From NCBI RefSeq assembly GCF_003334305.1, contig NZ_QOWS01000020.1: DNA of 64,000 nt; one strand, written 5' to 3'. Positions within the stretch are counted from its first letter, which is position 1, and the number at the start of each line of letters is the position of its first letter. The notes under the pieces are model-generated. The model was not told where the DNA came from and ran no database searches. It was given only the letters and a program-made list of their open reading frames with translations. Both the position numbers and the translations under genes were made by a program. Shown here in pieces: positions 34,936 through 44,504 of this stretch. Source of the stretch: Escherichia coli. GTDB taxonomy: Bacteria; Pseudomonadota; Gammaproteobacteria; Enterobacterales; Enterobacteriaceae.

Positions 34936-35376
34936 GTGATGGACAACAAAATATCAACCTATTCACCGGCCTTTAGTATTGTGTCATGGATAGCTCTCGT
35001 TGGTGGTATCGTTACCTATCTGTTAGGGCTATGGAATGCAGAGATGCAGTTAAATGAAAAAGGGTATTATTTTGCCGTACTGGTGTTAGGACTGTTTTCT
35101 GCTGCGTCTTATCAAAAGACCGTTCGGGACAAGTATGAAGGCATACCGACCACTTCCATTTATTATATGACCTGCCTGACTGTCTTTATTATCTCTGTTG
35201 CATTACTGATGGTAGGTCTGTGGAATGCGACATTATTACTCAGTGAAAAAGGTTTTTATGGACTGGCTTTCTTCTTAAGCTTGTTTGGTGCAGTAGCGGT
35301 GCAGAAGAATATTCGTGATACCGGAATAAACCCGCCAAAAGAAACACAGGTTACCCAGGAAGAATACAGCGAATAA
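34936..35376 (+). CDS. yiaA: inner membrane protein, YiaA/YiaB family (two internal repeats)
   Basis: 146 aa; GLWNAxxxLxEKGYY/F motif occurs twice. Confidence 0.7.
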   Translation: MMDNKISTYSPAFSIVSWIALVGGIVTYLLGLWNAEMQLNEKGYYFAVLVLGLFSAASYQKTVRDKYEGIPTTSIYYMTCLTVFIISVALLMVGLWNATLLLSEKGFYGLAFFLSLFGAVAVQKNIRDTGINPPKETQVTQEEYSE

Positions 35377-35417
35377 TTCACGTAAGCCCGGTCAGTCCAA
35401 TGTGAACGGGCTTTTAC

Positions 35418-36413
35418 TTAACTCACTAATCTGTTTCTGTCGATTCGTTGTACCAGCATAGAAAGTAACAAACTCGCTGCCAACGTCGCGCAAAAGATCC
35501 AAATAATATCCAGTATTGGCCAATTTTTAAGCTCAATTCCCCGGGTGCGCAGCGCATGGATAATCAAGGCGTGGAATCCGTATATACCCAATGAATGGCG
35601 GGAGATTAAGCCAAGTCCGCGAATGGTACGCGTATCCAGCGTGTTTTTAACCAGAGTCAATAGCGCGATTGCGCAGATAAAAACCATCGGCCCACAGTAA
35701 AGATACCAGGTATCGGCAAAATTTCCGCGCCACTGCAATTCATATAATGTCCCGCGAGAGATAATAAAAACCCCCGTCGCAAACAGCGCGGCGCTCACCC
35801 ACGACAGTGCTTTATGCTGTGTGTCCATCATCCCTATAGCGCGGCCCAACATGCCATACAGAATGTAGTAAAAAGTATCGCCATTGATATATAAGTTAAT
35901 TGGCAGCCATTCAAAACCGTCAATTTTCTGCGGCACTGTGTTTGGGTTAGCGATAATGCCAATCACCACCATTAGCACCAGCAACATTTTTCCGCCGACG
36001 TTCTTCACCTGAATCAGCGGTGAAACCAGATAAATCACCGCAATCGCGAAGAAAAACCACAAGTGGTAAAACACTGGCTTTTGCAGCAGGTTTTTCAGCG
36101 CTAACTCCATATTGATGGAGGTAAACAGCGCAATGTAGAGCAGTGCGATTGCGCTATAAAAAATCAGACATAAGCCGATACGCAAGAAATGGCGCGGCTG
36201 GGCGCTGCGTTCGCCAAAAAAGAGATAGCCGGAAATCATGAAAAATAGCGGCACGCTGACACGAGAGGCAGAATTCAGAACATTGGCGATATCCCAGGTG
36301 ACGGGGCTAACACTATGAGCATTGGTCACATACCAGGTAGTGGTGTGAATCATCACCACCATTAAACACGCTATCCCTCGCAGGTTATCAATCCAGTAAA
36401 TTTTGGGCTGCAT
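35418..36413 (-). CDS. wecH: acyltransferase-3 family O-acetyltransferase
   Basis: 331 aa polytopic membrane protein. Confidence 0.8.
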   Translation of the reverse strand: MQPKIYWIDNLRGIACLMVVMIHTTTWYVTNAHSVSPVTWDIANVLNSASRVSVPLFFMISGYLFFGERSAQPRHFLRIGLCLIFYSAIALLYIALFTSINMELALKNLLQKPVFYHLWFFFAIAVIYLVSPLIQVKNVGGKMLLVLMVVIGIIANPNTVPQKIDGFEWLPINLYINGDTFYYILYGMLGRAIGMMDTQHKALSWVSAALFATGVFIISRGTLYELQWRGNFADTWYLYCGPMVFICAIALLTLVKNTLDTRTIRGLGLISRHSLGIYGFHALIIHALRTRGIELKNWPILDIIWIFCATLAASLLLSMLVQRIDRNRLVS

Positions 36414-36587
36414 CTGTGTCTCTGTATCTGGTTAAAAAAAGTCTGACCGATAAATCATTCAGTTGGCGCACTGGAATAATCTGAGTTTTATCACTACAGC
36501 TTATAGAGGCTTAAGGAAATTCGTAAGATATCAGCCACTATACCGATATAAATAATAAGACTCACCTGCAAACCAGACGGTAATTTA

Positions 36588-36887
36588 ATGATGATGAACG
36601 CTTTCTTTCCGGCAATGGCGCTTATGGTGCTAGTGGGTTGTTCTACACCGTCACCCGTGCAGAAAGCACAACGGGTAAAGGTTGATCCTCTGCGTTCGTT
36701 GAATATGGAAGCGTTATGCAAGGATCAGGCGGCAAAACGTTATAACACCGGCGAGCAAAAAATCGACGTCACCGCCTTCGAACAGTTCCAGGGAAGCTAT
36801 GAAATGCGCGGTTATACCTTCCGTAAAGAGCAGTTTGTCTGTTCTTTTGACGCGGATGGCCATTTTTTGCATCTTTCCATGCGTTAA
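36588..36887 (+). CDS. ysaB: putative lipoprotein
   Basis: 99 aa; lipobox LVGCST. Confidence 0.7.
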   Translation: MMMNAFFPAMALMVLVGCSTPSPVQKAQRVKVDPLRSLNMEALCKDQAAKRYNTGEQKIDVTAFEQFQGSYEMRGYTFRKEQFVCSFDADGHFLHLSMR

Positions 36888-36981
36888 GCCCTGCTTTTTC
36901 CCGTTTCGTACTGTATATCTTCCATCCAGCGGGTATACTGATCCCTTCCTTTAAATCCACACGTATCCAGCACGAAATAAT

Positions 36982-37893
36982 ATGCAAAAGTTTGATACCA
37001 GGACCTTCCAGGGCTTGATCCTGACCTTACAGGATTACTGGGCTCGCCAGGGCTGCACCATTGTTCAACCATTGGACATGGAAGTCGGCGCGGGAACCTC
37101 TCACCCAATGACCTGTCTGCGCGCGCTGGGGCCAGAACCGATGGCGGCTGCTTATGTTCAGCCTTCTCGTCGCCCGACCGATGGTCGCTACGGCGAAAAC
37201 CCCAACCGTTTACAGCACTACTATCAGTTTCAGGTGGTCATTAAGCCATCGCCGGACAATATTCAGGAGCTGTACCTCGGTTCTCTGAAAGAGCTGGGCA
37301 TGGACCCGACTATTCACGACATCCGTTTCGTGGAAGATAACTGGGAAAACCCGACTCTGGGTGCCTGGGGACTGGGCTGGGAAGTGTGGCTAAACGGCAT
37401 GGAAGTGACGCAGTTCACTTACTTCCAGCAGGTTGGTGGTCTGGAGTGTAAACCGGTTACCGGCGAGATCACCTACGGTCTGGAACGTCTGGCCATGTAC
37501 ATTCAGGGCGTAGACAGCGTTTACGACCTGGTCTGGAGCGACGGCCCGCTGGGTAAAACCACCTACGGCGACGTGTTCCATCAGAACGAAGTGGAGCAGT
37601 CCACTTACAACTTCGAATACGCGGATGTGGACTTCCTGTTCACCTGCTTTGAGCAGTACGAGAAAGAAGCGCGGCAGCTGCTGGCGCTGGAAAATCCGCT
37701 GCCGCTGCCAGCCTACGAGCGTATTCTGAAAGCCGCCCACAGCTTCAACCTGCTGGATGCGCGTAAAGCCATCTCCGTCACCGAGCGTCAGCGCTACATT
37801 CTGCGCATTCGCACCCTGACCAAAGCAGTGGCAGAAGCATACTACGCTTCCCGTGAAGCCCTCGGCTTCCCGATGTGCAACAAAGATAAGTAA
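36982..37893 (+). CDS. glyQ: glycine--tRNA ligase alpha subunit
   Basis: 303 aa, highly conserved. Confidence 0.95.
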   Translation: MQKFDTRTFQGLILTLQDYWARQGCTIVQPLDMEVGAGTSHPMTCLRALGPEPMAAAYVQPSRRPTDGRYGENPNRLQHYYQFQVVIKPSPDNIQELYLGSLKELGMDPTIHDIRFVEDNWENPTLGAWGLGWEVWLNGMEVTQFTYFQQVGGLECKPVTGEITYGLERLAMYIQGVDSVYDLVWSDGPLGKTTYGDVFHQNEVEQSTYNFEYADVDFLFTCFEQYEKEARQLLALENPLPLPAYERILKAAHSFNLLDARKAISVTERQRYILRIRTLTKAVAEAYYASREALGFPMCNKDK

Positions 37894-37902
37894 GAGGCGG
37901 CT

Positions 37903-39972
37903 ATGTCTGAGAAAACTTTTCTGGTGGAAATCGGCACTGAAGAGCTGCCACCAAAAGCACTGCGCAGCCTGGCTGAGTCCTTTGCTGCGAATTTTACTGC
38001 GGAGCTGGATAACGCTGGCCTCGCACACGGCACCGTTCAATGGTTTGCTGCTCCGCGTCGTCTGGCGCTGAAAGTAGCTAACCTGGCGGAAGCGCAACCG
38101 GATCGTGAAATCGAAAAACGCGGCCCGGCGATTGCCCAGGCGTTCGACGCTGAAGGCAAACCGAGCAAAGCGGCAGAAGGTTGGGCGCGTGGTTGCGGTA
38201 TTACCGTTGACCAGGCTGAGCGTCTGACTACCGATAAAGGCGAATGGCTGCTGTATCGCGCCCATGTGAAGGGCGAAAGCACCGAAGCACTGCTGCCGAA
38301 TATGGTTGCGACTTCTCTGGCGAAACTGCCGATCCCGAAACTGATGCGTTGGGGCGCAAGCGACGTGCACTTCGTGCGTCCGGTGCACACCGTGACCCTG
38401 CTGCTGGGCGACAAAGTCATTCCGGCAACCATTCTGGGCATTCAGTCCGATCGCGTGATTCGCGGCCACCGCTTTATGGGCGAACCGGAATTCACCATCG
38501 ACAACGCCGATCAGTATCCGGAAATTCTGCGTGAGCGCGGGAAAGTCATCGCCGATTACGAAGAACGTAAAGCGAAGATTAAAGCCGATGCCGAAGAAGC
38601 AGCGCGTAAGATTGGCGGTAACGCTGACTTAAGCGAAAGCCTGCTGGAAGAAGTGGCTTCGCTGGTGGAGTGGCCGGTCGTTCTGACCGCAAAATTCGAA
38701 GAGAAATTCCTCGCGGTGCCGGCTGAAGCGCTGGTTTACACCATGAAAGGTGACCAGAAATACTTCCCGGTGTATGCGAACGACGGCAAACTGCTGCCGA
38801 ACTTTATCTTCGTTGCCAACATCGAATCGAAAGATCCGCAGCAGATTATCTCCGGTAACGAGAAAGTCGTTCGTCCGCGTCTGGCGGATGCCGAGTTCTT
38901 CTTCAACACCGACCGTAAAAAACGTCTGGAAGATAACCTGCCGCGCCTGCAAACCGTGCTGTTCCAGCAACAGCTGGGTACGCTGCGTGACAAAACTGAC
39001 CGCATCCAGGCGCTGGCTGGCTGGATTGCTGAACAGATTGGCGCTGACGTTAACCACGCAACCCGTGCGGGCCTGCTGTCTAAGTGTGACCTGATGACCA
39101 ACATGGTCTTCGAGTTCACCGACACCCAGGGCGTTATGGGGATGCACTATGCGCGTCACGATGGCGAAGCGGAAGATGTCGCGGTGGCGCTGAATGAGCA
39201 GTATCAGCCGCGCTTTGCCGGTGATGACCTGCCGTCTAACCCGGTAGCCTGTGCGCTGGCGATTGCTGACAAGATGGATACTCTGGCGGGTATCTTCGGT
39301 ATCGGCCAGCATCCGAAAGGCGACAAAGACCCGTTTGCGCTGCGTCGTGCCGCACTTGGCGTGCTGCGAATTATCGTTGAGAAGAACCTCAACCTTGATC
39401 TGCAAACGCTGACCGAAGAAGCGGTGCGTCTGTATGGCGATAAGCTGACTAATGCCAACGTAGTTGATGATGTTATCGACTTTATGCTCGGTCGCTTCCG
39501 CGCCTGGTATCAGGACGAAGGTTATACCGTTGACACCATCCAGGCGGTACTGGCGCGTCGTCCGACTCGTCCGGCTGATTTCGATGCCCGTATGAAAGCG
39601 GTATCGCATTTCCGTACCCTGGATGCAGCTGCTGCACTGGCGGCGGCGAACAAACGTGTATCTAACATTCTGGCGAAATCTGACGAAGTGCTGAGCGACC
39701 GCGTGAATGCCTCTACCCTGAAAGAGCCGGAAGAAATTAAACTGGCGATGCAGGTTGTGGTGCTACGTGACAAGCTGGAGCCGTACTTTGCGGAAGGTCG
39801 TTACCAGGATGCGCTGGTCGAACTGGCAGAGCTGCGTGAGCCGGTTGATGCTTTCTTCGATAAAGTGATGGTCATGGTTGATGACAAAGAATTGCGTCTC
39901 AACCGTCTGACCATGCTGGAGAAACTGCGCGAACTGTTCCTGCGCGTTGCGGATATTTCGCTGTTGCAGTAA
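37903..39972 (+). CDS. glyS: glycine--tRNA ligase beta subunit
   Basis: 689 aa; 9 nt downstream of glyQ. Confidence 0.95.
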   Translation: MSEKTFLVEIGTEELPPKALRSLAESFAANFTAELDNAGLAHGTVQWFAAPRRLALKVANLAEAQPDREIEKRGPAIAQAFDAEGKPSKAAEGWARGCGITVDQAERLTTDKGEWLLYRAHVKGESTEALLPNMVATSLAKLPIPKLMRWGASDVHFVRPVHTVTLLLGDKVIPATILGIQSDRVIRGHRFMGEPEFTIDNADQYPEILRERGKVIADYEERKAKIKADAEEAARKIGGNADLSESLLEEVASLVEWPVVLTAKFEEKFLAVPAEALVYTMKGDQKYFPVYANDGKLLPNFIFVANIESKDPQQIISGNEKVVRPRLADAEFFFNTDRKKRLEDNLPRLQTVLFQQQLGTLRDKTDRIQALAGWIAEQIGADVNHATRAGLLSKCDLMTNMVFEFTDTQGVMGMHYARHDGEAEDVAVALNEQYQPRFAGDDLPSNPVACALAIADKMDTLAGIFGIGQHPKGDKDPFALRRAALGVLRIIVEKNLNLDLQTLTEEAVRLYGDKLTNANVVDDVIDFMLGRFRAWYQDEGYTVDTIQAVLARRPTRPADFDARMKAVSHFRTLDAAAALAAANKRVSNILAKSDEVLSDRVNASTLKEPEEIKLAMQVVVLRDKLEPYFAEGRYQDALVELAELREPVDAFFDKVMVMVDDKELRLNRLTMLEKLRELFLRVADISLLQ

Positions 39973-39986
39973 TAACGCCGTTATTA

Positions 39987-40016
39987 AAAAGCCTGCCATC
40001 TGGCAGGCTTTTTTTA
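39987..40016 (+). terminator. rho-independent terminator of glyQS
   Basis: aaaaaGCCTGCCatctGGCAGGCttttttt read directly. Confidence 0.85.
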
Positions 40017-40189
40017 TTATCGCTAAATAATACAGCAACCTTTAATAATCTTCTGCTGAATAAAGATTATCTCATATATTAATTTTATGAGGTTTTTTTA
40101 GGATTATATCAAGGAGAAGAAACAAACTTATTAAGCTAGAATAGCCACGGGTGCTTGAGACTGTTTGTCTCAGGTATTCACCGAAAGGC

Positions 40190-40260
40190 AGACAGAGAAA
40201 AGCCCCACCTGACTATAAATCAAAGTGAGGCTACCCTATGCCTGAACACCATAAGGTTAG
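40190..40260 (-). ncRNA. sokA: presumptive Sok-type antisense RNA of the hokA locus (approximate position, opposite the mok start / hok leader)
   Basis: Placement inferred from hok/sok family architecture only; ends not determined from sequence. Confidence 0.25.
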
Positions 40261-40534
40261 CCTCTTACTCGTTGGAAATCAACACAGGGGGCTGGGAATG
40301 CCGCAGAAATATAGATTACTTTCTTTAATAGTGATTTGTTTCACGCTTTTATTTTTCACCTGGATGATAAGAGATTCACTGTGTGAATTGCATATTAAAC
40401 AGGGGAGTTATGAGCTGGCGGCATTTTTAGCCTGCAATTTAAAAGAGTTAGAGTCTTCGGCGGGAAGTTATTCCCGCCTTTCTTACGGCGTTGCGCATTC
40501 TCATTGCACCCAAATTTATTTTTCACAAAAATAA
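40238..40534 (+). CDS. mokA: mok-type upstream reading frame, in frame with and encompassing hokA
   Basis: ATG 40238 with SD gtgagg 8 nt upstream; uninterrupted frame through hokA. Confidence 0.5.
   Translation: MPEHHKVSLLLVGNQHRGLGMPQKYRLLSLIVICFTLLFFTWMIRDSLCELHIKQGSYELAAFLACNLKELESSAGSYSRLSYGVAHSHCTQIYFSQK
40298..40534 (+). CDS. hokA: Hok-family type I toxin; frame open for 78 codons, with no stop at the usual ~50-codon position
   Basis: MPQKYRLLSLIVICFTLLFFTWMIRDSLCELHIKQGSYELAAFLAC... from ATG 40298; first in-frame stop TAA 40532-40534. Confidence 0.7.
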   Translation: MPQKYRLLSLIVICFTLLFFTWMIRDSLCELHIKQGSYELAAFLACNLKELESSAGSYSRLSYGVAHSHCTQIYFSQK

Positions 40535-40580
40535 TACTAGATTTTATTACGCGATCGATTATTTATTTCCTGAAAAACAA

Positions 40581-40612
40581 ATAAAAAAATCCCCGCCAAA
40601 TGGCAGGGATCT
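40581..40612 (-). terminator. cspA intrinsic terminator (hairpin plus T-tract on minus strand)
   Basis: Minus strand reads TCCCTGCCatttGGCGGGGAttttttt just 3' of cspA stop. Confidence 0.65.
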
Positions 40613-40637
40613 TAGATTCTGTGCTTTTAAGCAGAGA

Positions 40638-40850
40638 TTACAGGCTGGTTACGTTACCAGCTGCCGGGCCTTTAGCGCCGCTTTCGATGGTGAAGGACAC
40701 TTTCTGACCTTCGTCCAGAGATTTGTAACCATCGTTCTGGATAGCAGAGAAGTGTACGAACACGTCTTTAGAGCCATCGTCAGGAGTGATGAAGCCGAAG
40801 CCTTTGTCAGCGTTGAACCATTTTACGATACCAGTCATTTTACCGGACAT
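40638..40850 (-). CDS. cspA: major cold-shock protein CspA
   Basis: 70 aa [21 protein letters not shown]... with RNP1/RNP2 motifs. Confidence 0.95.
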
Positions 40851-41046
40851 AGTGTATTACCTTTAATAATTAAGTGTGCCTTTCGGCGATATGGCGTGCT
40901 TTACAGATTTTGAAGCGTTAAAGGAATGTGCACTACGAGGGGTATCAACGATAACTCTTGAAGGGACTTGCCTTACTACACTGCTTTAATGGTCTGTACG
41001 TCAAACCGTTGATGTGCATTAAGCCACGCATTGGCGGGTGATGCAA
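40851..41046 (-). promoter_or_regulatory. cspA: cspA promoter (-35 TTGCAT at 41041-41046, -10 CTTAAT at 41018-41023, AT-rich UP region upstream) and 159-nt 5' UTR with cold-box / thermosensor leader
   Basis: Minus-strand sequence ...TTGCATcacccgccaatgcgtggCTTAATgcacatcaACGGTTTGACGTACAGACC... matches the known cspA promoter and leader. Confidence 0.85.
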
Positions 41047-41130
41047 CAATTATTTTTCATATTTATGATTAATCGGTTGGAAAACGGTCCTGTCATCAGG
41101 ACCGTAAACAGCAATAAAGTGGATAAAAGT

Positions 41131-41421
41131 CTATTCCATCAACTGCTTACTTAATGCCGGGTTGGCTTGAATCAAACGCATCAATTTTAGTTCGGCACTT
41201 GAAGGCTTCACGCGTCTGGATTCCCATTCCTTTACCATGGCGACTGATACGCCCAAAACCCGGGCGAAATCATCGATTTTTAACCCTGTCCCTTTTCGTA
41301 ACTGCTCAATTTCGGTACAGGACGTTGTTCTGTGCGTCAGGGTAATTTTCTGCGTTTCATCTTTAAAAACAATCTGTTCCAGGCTGCTCAACAGCTCATG
41401 CATTGGATCTTTATATTCCAT
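41131..41421 (-). CDS. yiaG: XRE-family HTH transcriptional regulator
   Basis: 96-aa ORF; C-terminal HTH (LRKGTGLKIDDFARVLGVSVAMVKEWE). Confidence 0.8.
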   Translation of the reverse strand: MEYKDPMHELLSSLEQIVFKDETQKITLTHRTTSCTEIEQLRKGTGLKIDDFARVLGVSVAMVKEWESRRVKPSSAELKLMRLIQANPALSKQLME

Positions 41422-41854
41422 TGAAAACTCCTCAAATCACACTGCGGGATCGTGAATTGCATCGAAGCTCATTAAGAATAGTCGGGAAAAGCAGACACAG
41501 CGGGGTGAAGTCAGGGCATGCTCTGGCTATGATTCGATTCAGCCTGTCATTTAGCGTGACTTATAGCCACCTAACGATCTGATAAATGCCGATATATCTC
41601 TTACCACTCCTGTTTTGTAAAGATTTCGAAAATCTAACCTTCTGCGAAGGCGTAAATCTCTGGCTACAAAAAAGGCAACGGCACTATCATTTTTTAACAA
41701 TGAAACAACAAATTAACCTTGTTTCATTTTCTCCATGATTTTACCAGGAAGATTACGTAGAAAGGGTATCCTGCAAGCCTGTCCTGGACTATCCTTGTCA
41801 CGTCAGACACGCGTGTGTCGTTGTGCGCTTTTTTTGGGTGAAAGGAGTAAGAAA

Positions 41855-42565
41855 ATGGCGACAGGAAAGTCCTGCTCTCGCTGGTTTGCGCCTCTTGCGG
41901 CGTTATTAATGGTAGTTAGCCTGAGTGGGTGTTTTGATAAAGAAGGCGATCAGCGTAAAGCGTTTATCGACTTCCTGCAGAATACAGTGATGCGTAGCGG
42001 TGAACGTCTACCAACCCTGACTGCCGATCAGAAAAAACAGTTTGGTCCTTTTGTCTCTGATTACGCGATTCTGTATGGTTATTCTCAGCAGGTGAATCAG
42101 GCGATGGATTCCGGTCTGCGCCCGGTCGTAGACAGCGTTAACGCAATTCGCGTACCGCAGGATTACGTTACGCAAAGCGGTCCGCTGCGTGAAATGAACG
42201 GTTCGCTGGGTGTGCTGGCGCAACAACTGCAAAATGCGAAGTTGCAGGCCGATGCTGCGCACTCTGCGCTAAAACAGACCGATGATTTGAAACCGGTCTT
42301 TGATCAGGCATTCACCAAAGTGGTAACGACGCCAGCTGATGCATTGCAACCGTTGATTCCGGCTGCACAAACTTTCACGCAACAACTGGTGATGGTTGGA
42401 GACTACATTGCTCAGCAAGGTACTCAGGTGAGCTTTGTCGCAAATGGCATCCAGTTCCCGACTTCACAGCAGGCAAGTGAATATAACAAACTGATTGCGC
42501 CATTACCGGCACAACATCAGGCGTTTAATCAGGCCTGGACTACAGCAGTTACTGCAACCCAATAA
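41855..42565 (+). CDS. yiaF: putative lipoprotein (DUF3053)
   Basis: ORF track extends to 41735; trimmed to ATG 41855 (MATGKSCSRWFAPLAALLMVVSLSGC lipobox); 236 aa. Confidence 0.75.
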   Translation: MATGKSCSRWFAPLAALLMVVSLSGCFDKEGDQRKAFIDFLQNTVMRSGERLPTLTADQKKQFGPFVSDYAILYGYSQQVNQAMDSGLRPVVDSVNAIRVPQDYVTQSGPLREMNGSLGVLAQQLQNAKLQADAAHSALKQTDDLKPVFDQAFTKVVTTPADALQPLIPAAQTFTQQLVMVGDYIAQQGTQVSFVANGIQFPTSQQASEYNKLIAPLPAQHQAFNQAWTTAVTATQ

Positions 42566-42573
42566 AGAGTAAA

Positions 42574-42598
42574 AGCCCGAGCGATTATCGGGCTTTAC
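42574..42598. terminator. hairpin between convergent yiaF and ghrB (possible bidirectional terminator)
   Basis: AGCCCGAgcgattaTCGGGCTtt read directly. Confidence 0.45.
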
Positions 42599-42614
42599 TT
42601 CACGCAGTCGCGGC

Positions 42615-43589
42615 TTAGTCCGCGACGTGCGGATTCACACAGTTCTTCTCAACCTTTCCTTGTAACGCATCAATCAAATTATCCACGGCACAGGCGGCCA
42701 TGCCATAACGCGTCTCATGGGTGGCAGATCCAATATGCGGTACTGCGACGACGTTGGCCATTGAGAGCAACGGCGAATCTACGGACAGTGGCTCTTGTTC
42801 GAAGACATCCAGCCCGGCGGCGTGAATTTCGCCTTTCTGCAATGCAGCAATCAGTGCATTTTCATCAACCACCGGGCCACGTCCGGCATTAATGAAAATG
42901 GCGGAGGATTTCATTTTGGCGAATTGTTCTGCGCCAAACAGATGATGCGTCTCATCAGTTAACGGCAGGATCAGGCAAACGAAATCTGACTCTTGTAACA
43001 GAGTATCCAAATCGCAGTAGCGGGCGTTGAAGCGTTCTTCTGCTTCTTTATGGTGGCGGCGCGCGTTATAGAGGATGGGCATGTTGAAGCCAAAGTGCGC
43101 ACGTTGTGCCAGCGCCATACCGATCCGTCCCATCCCGACAATGCCCAGTGTTTTATGGTGAACGTCAGTGCCGTACCAGTCCGGGCCTATGCTCGCGGTC
43201 CATTCGCCTGCTTTTACCCGTTCTGCTACCTCCACAACCCGACGAGCGGTAGACAACACCAGCGCCATCAGCGTATCGGCGACGGTTTCTGTTAATACGG
43301 TTGGCGTGTGCATCAGCAGAATTTTTCGGGCGGTAAGCGCATCGACATCAAAATTGTCATAGCCGACGGAGATCGTTGATGTGGCACGCAGTTTCGGCAT
43401 TTTTTCCAGCAATGCGGCATCAACATTCTCGTTTGAACCCAGTAAACCTTCAGCTTCGGCAAAAATTGCTGCATTTTGTTCGACGGTTTGTGGGCTGAGG
43501 TTTGCCACCTGGTGAACGGTGAAATGCTCTTGCAGGCGTTGCAGTAAATCATCAGGTAAGGCTTTGTAGAGGATAACGGACGGCTTCAT
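42615..43589 (-). CDS. ghrB: glyoxylate/hydroxypyruvate reductase B (2-ketoaldonate reductase)
   Basis: Start at ATG 43589 ([16 protein letters not shown]); 324 aa D-2-hydroxyacid dehydrogenase. Confidence 0.85.
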   Translation of the reverse strand: MKPSVILYKALPDDLLQRLQEHFTVHQVANLSPQTVEQNAAIFAEAEGLLGSNENVDAALLEKMPKLRATSTISVGYDNFDVDALTARKILLMHTPTVLTETVADTLMALVLSTARRVVEVAERVKAGEWTASIGPDWYGTDVHHKTLGIVGMGRIGMALAQRAHFGFNMPILYNARRHHKEAEERFNARYCDLDTLLQESDFVCLILPLTDETHHLFGAEQFAKMKSSAIFINAGRGPVVDENALIAALQKGEIHAAGLDVFEQEPLSVDSPLLSMANVVAVPHIGSATHETRYGMAACAVDNLIDALQGKVEKNCVNPHVAD

Positions 43590-43692
43590 GCTTCTCTCCA
43601 TTCACTGATAAGGCGATCACCTTAGCCTGAAATATGATGAAGGAAAACTGAAGAATGCCAGGTGATTTCTGCATCACCTGGCATGAAAGGGA

Positions 43693-44352
43693 TTACAGCG
43701 GGCTTAAGGTAATTTCTACACGGCGGTTTTGCGCCTTACCTTCTGCGGTGCTGTTGCTGGCGATTGGGTTAGCCGGGCCAAGGCCCTGAGTACGGATGCG
43801 GCTGGCGTCCACGCCCTGGGTGATCAACGCGCTGGCAACGGAATCCGCACGTTGCTGGGAGAGACGCATGTTCAGGTCGTGACCACCCGTGCTGTCGGTA
43901 TAACCAATCACGTTAACCGCCGTTTTCGGATACTCTTTCAGCACCATTGCCACGCCGGTCAGGGTGTTAGCGCCCGCAGGTTTCAGGGTCGCGCTGCTGC
44001 TGTCGAAGGTCACATTGTTCGGCATATTGAGGATAATGTTATCCCCGCTGCGGGTTACGCTAACACCAGTGCCGCGCATTTTGTCACGCAGCTTCGCTTC
44101 CTGCACATCCATGTAATAACCCACGCCGCCGCCCAGAGCTGCGCCTGCTGCTGCGCCAATCAGCGCGCCTTTACCGCGATCTTTCTTCGAAGAAGAGAGC
44201 GCACCAATACCCGCGCCCACGAGAGAGCCCAGACCTGCGCCGATAGCAGATTTACCTGCTTCGCGTTCGCCGGTGTAAGGGTTAGTTGTGCAGCCAGATA
44301 CCGCCAGAGCGCCACTCACTACGGCGGCAATAAGATAAACACGTTTCTTCAT
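43693..44352 (-). CDS. yiaD: OmpA-domain lipoprotein
   Basis: 219 aa; lipobox AVSGC; Gly-rich linker; C-terminal OmpA-like domain. Confidence 0.8.
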   Translation of the reverse strand: MKKRVYLIAAVVSGALAVSGCTTNPYTGEREAGKSAIGAGLGSLVGAGIGALSSSKKDRGKGALIGAAAGAALGGGVGYYMDVQEAKLRDKMRGTGVSVTRSGDNIILNMPNNVTFDSSSATLKPAGANTLTGVAMVLKEYPKTAVNVIGYTDSTGGHDLNMRLSQQRADSVASALITQGVDASRIRTQGLGPANPIASNSTAEGKAQNRRVEITLSPL

Positions 44353-44504
44353 TGTTAATCCTTAATAACCTTTTTATTCTTTGCCACGGGTTCCGTGGCG
44401 GGAGATTATGCCGCGTGAACATGAAGATTATTCCTGGGAATACTCGGAAATTTGTAAGTAATATTTAACTGCTCAATACATCTAACCTTTCAGGAGTTTT
44501 CGGT

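Noticed and set aside
37390-38469. 359-aa minus-strand ORF spanning glyQ/glyS
   Set aside because: Antisense to highly conserved aminoacyl-tRNA synthetase genes; low-complexity R/A/Q-rich product.
38629-39609. 326-aa minus-strand ORF inside glyS
   Set aside because: Antisense shadow ORF of glyS.
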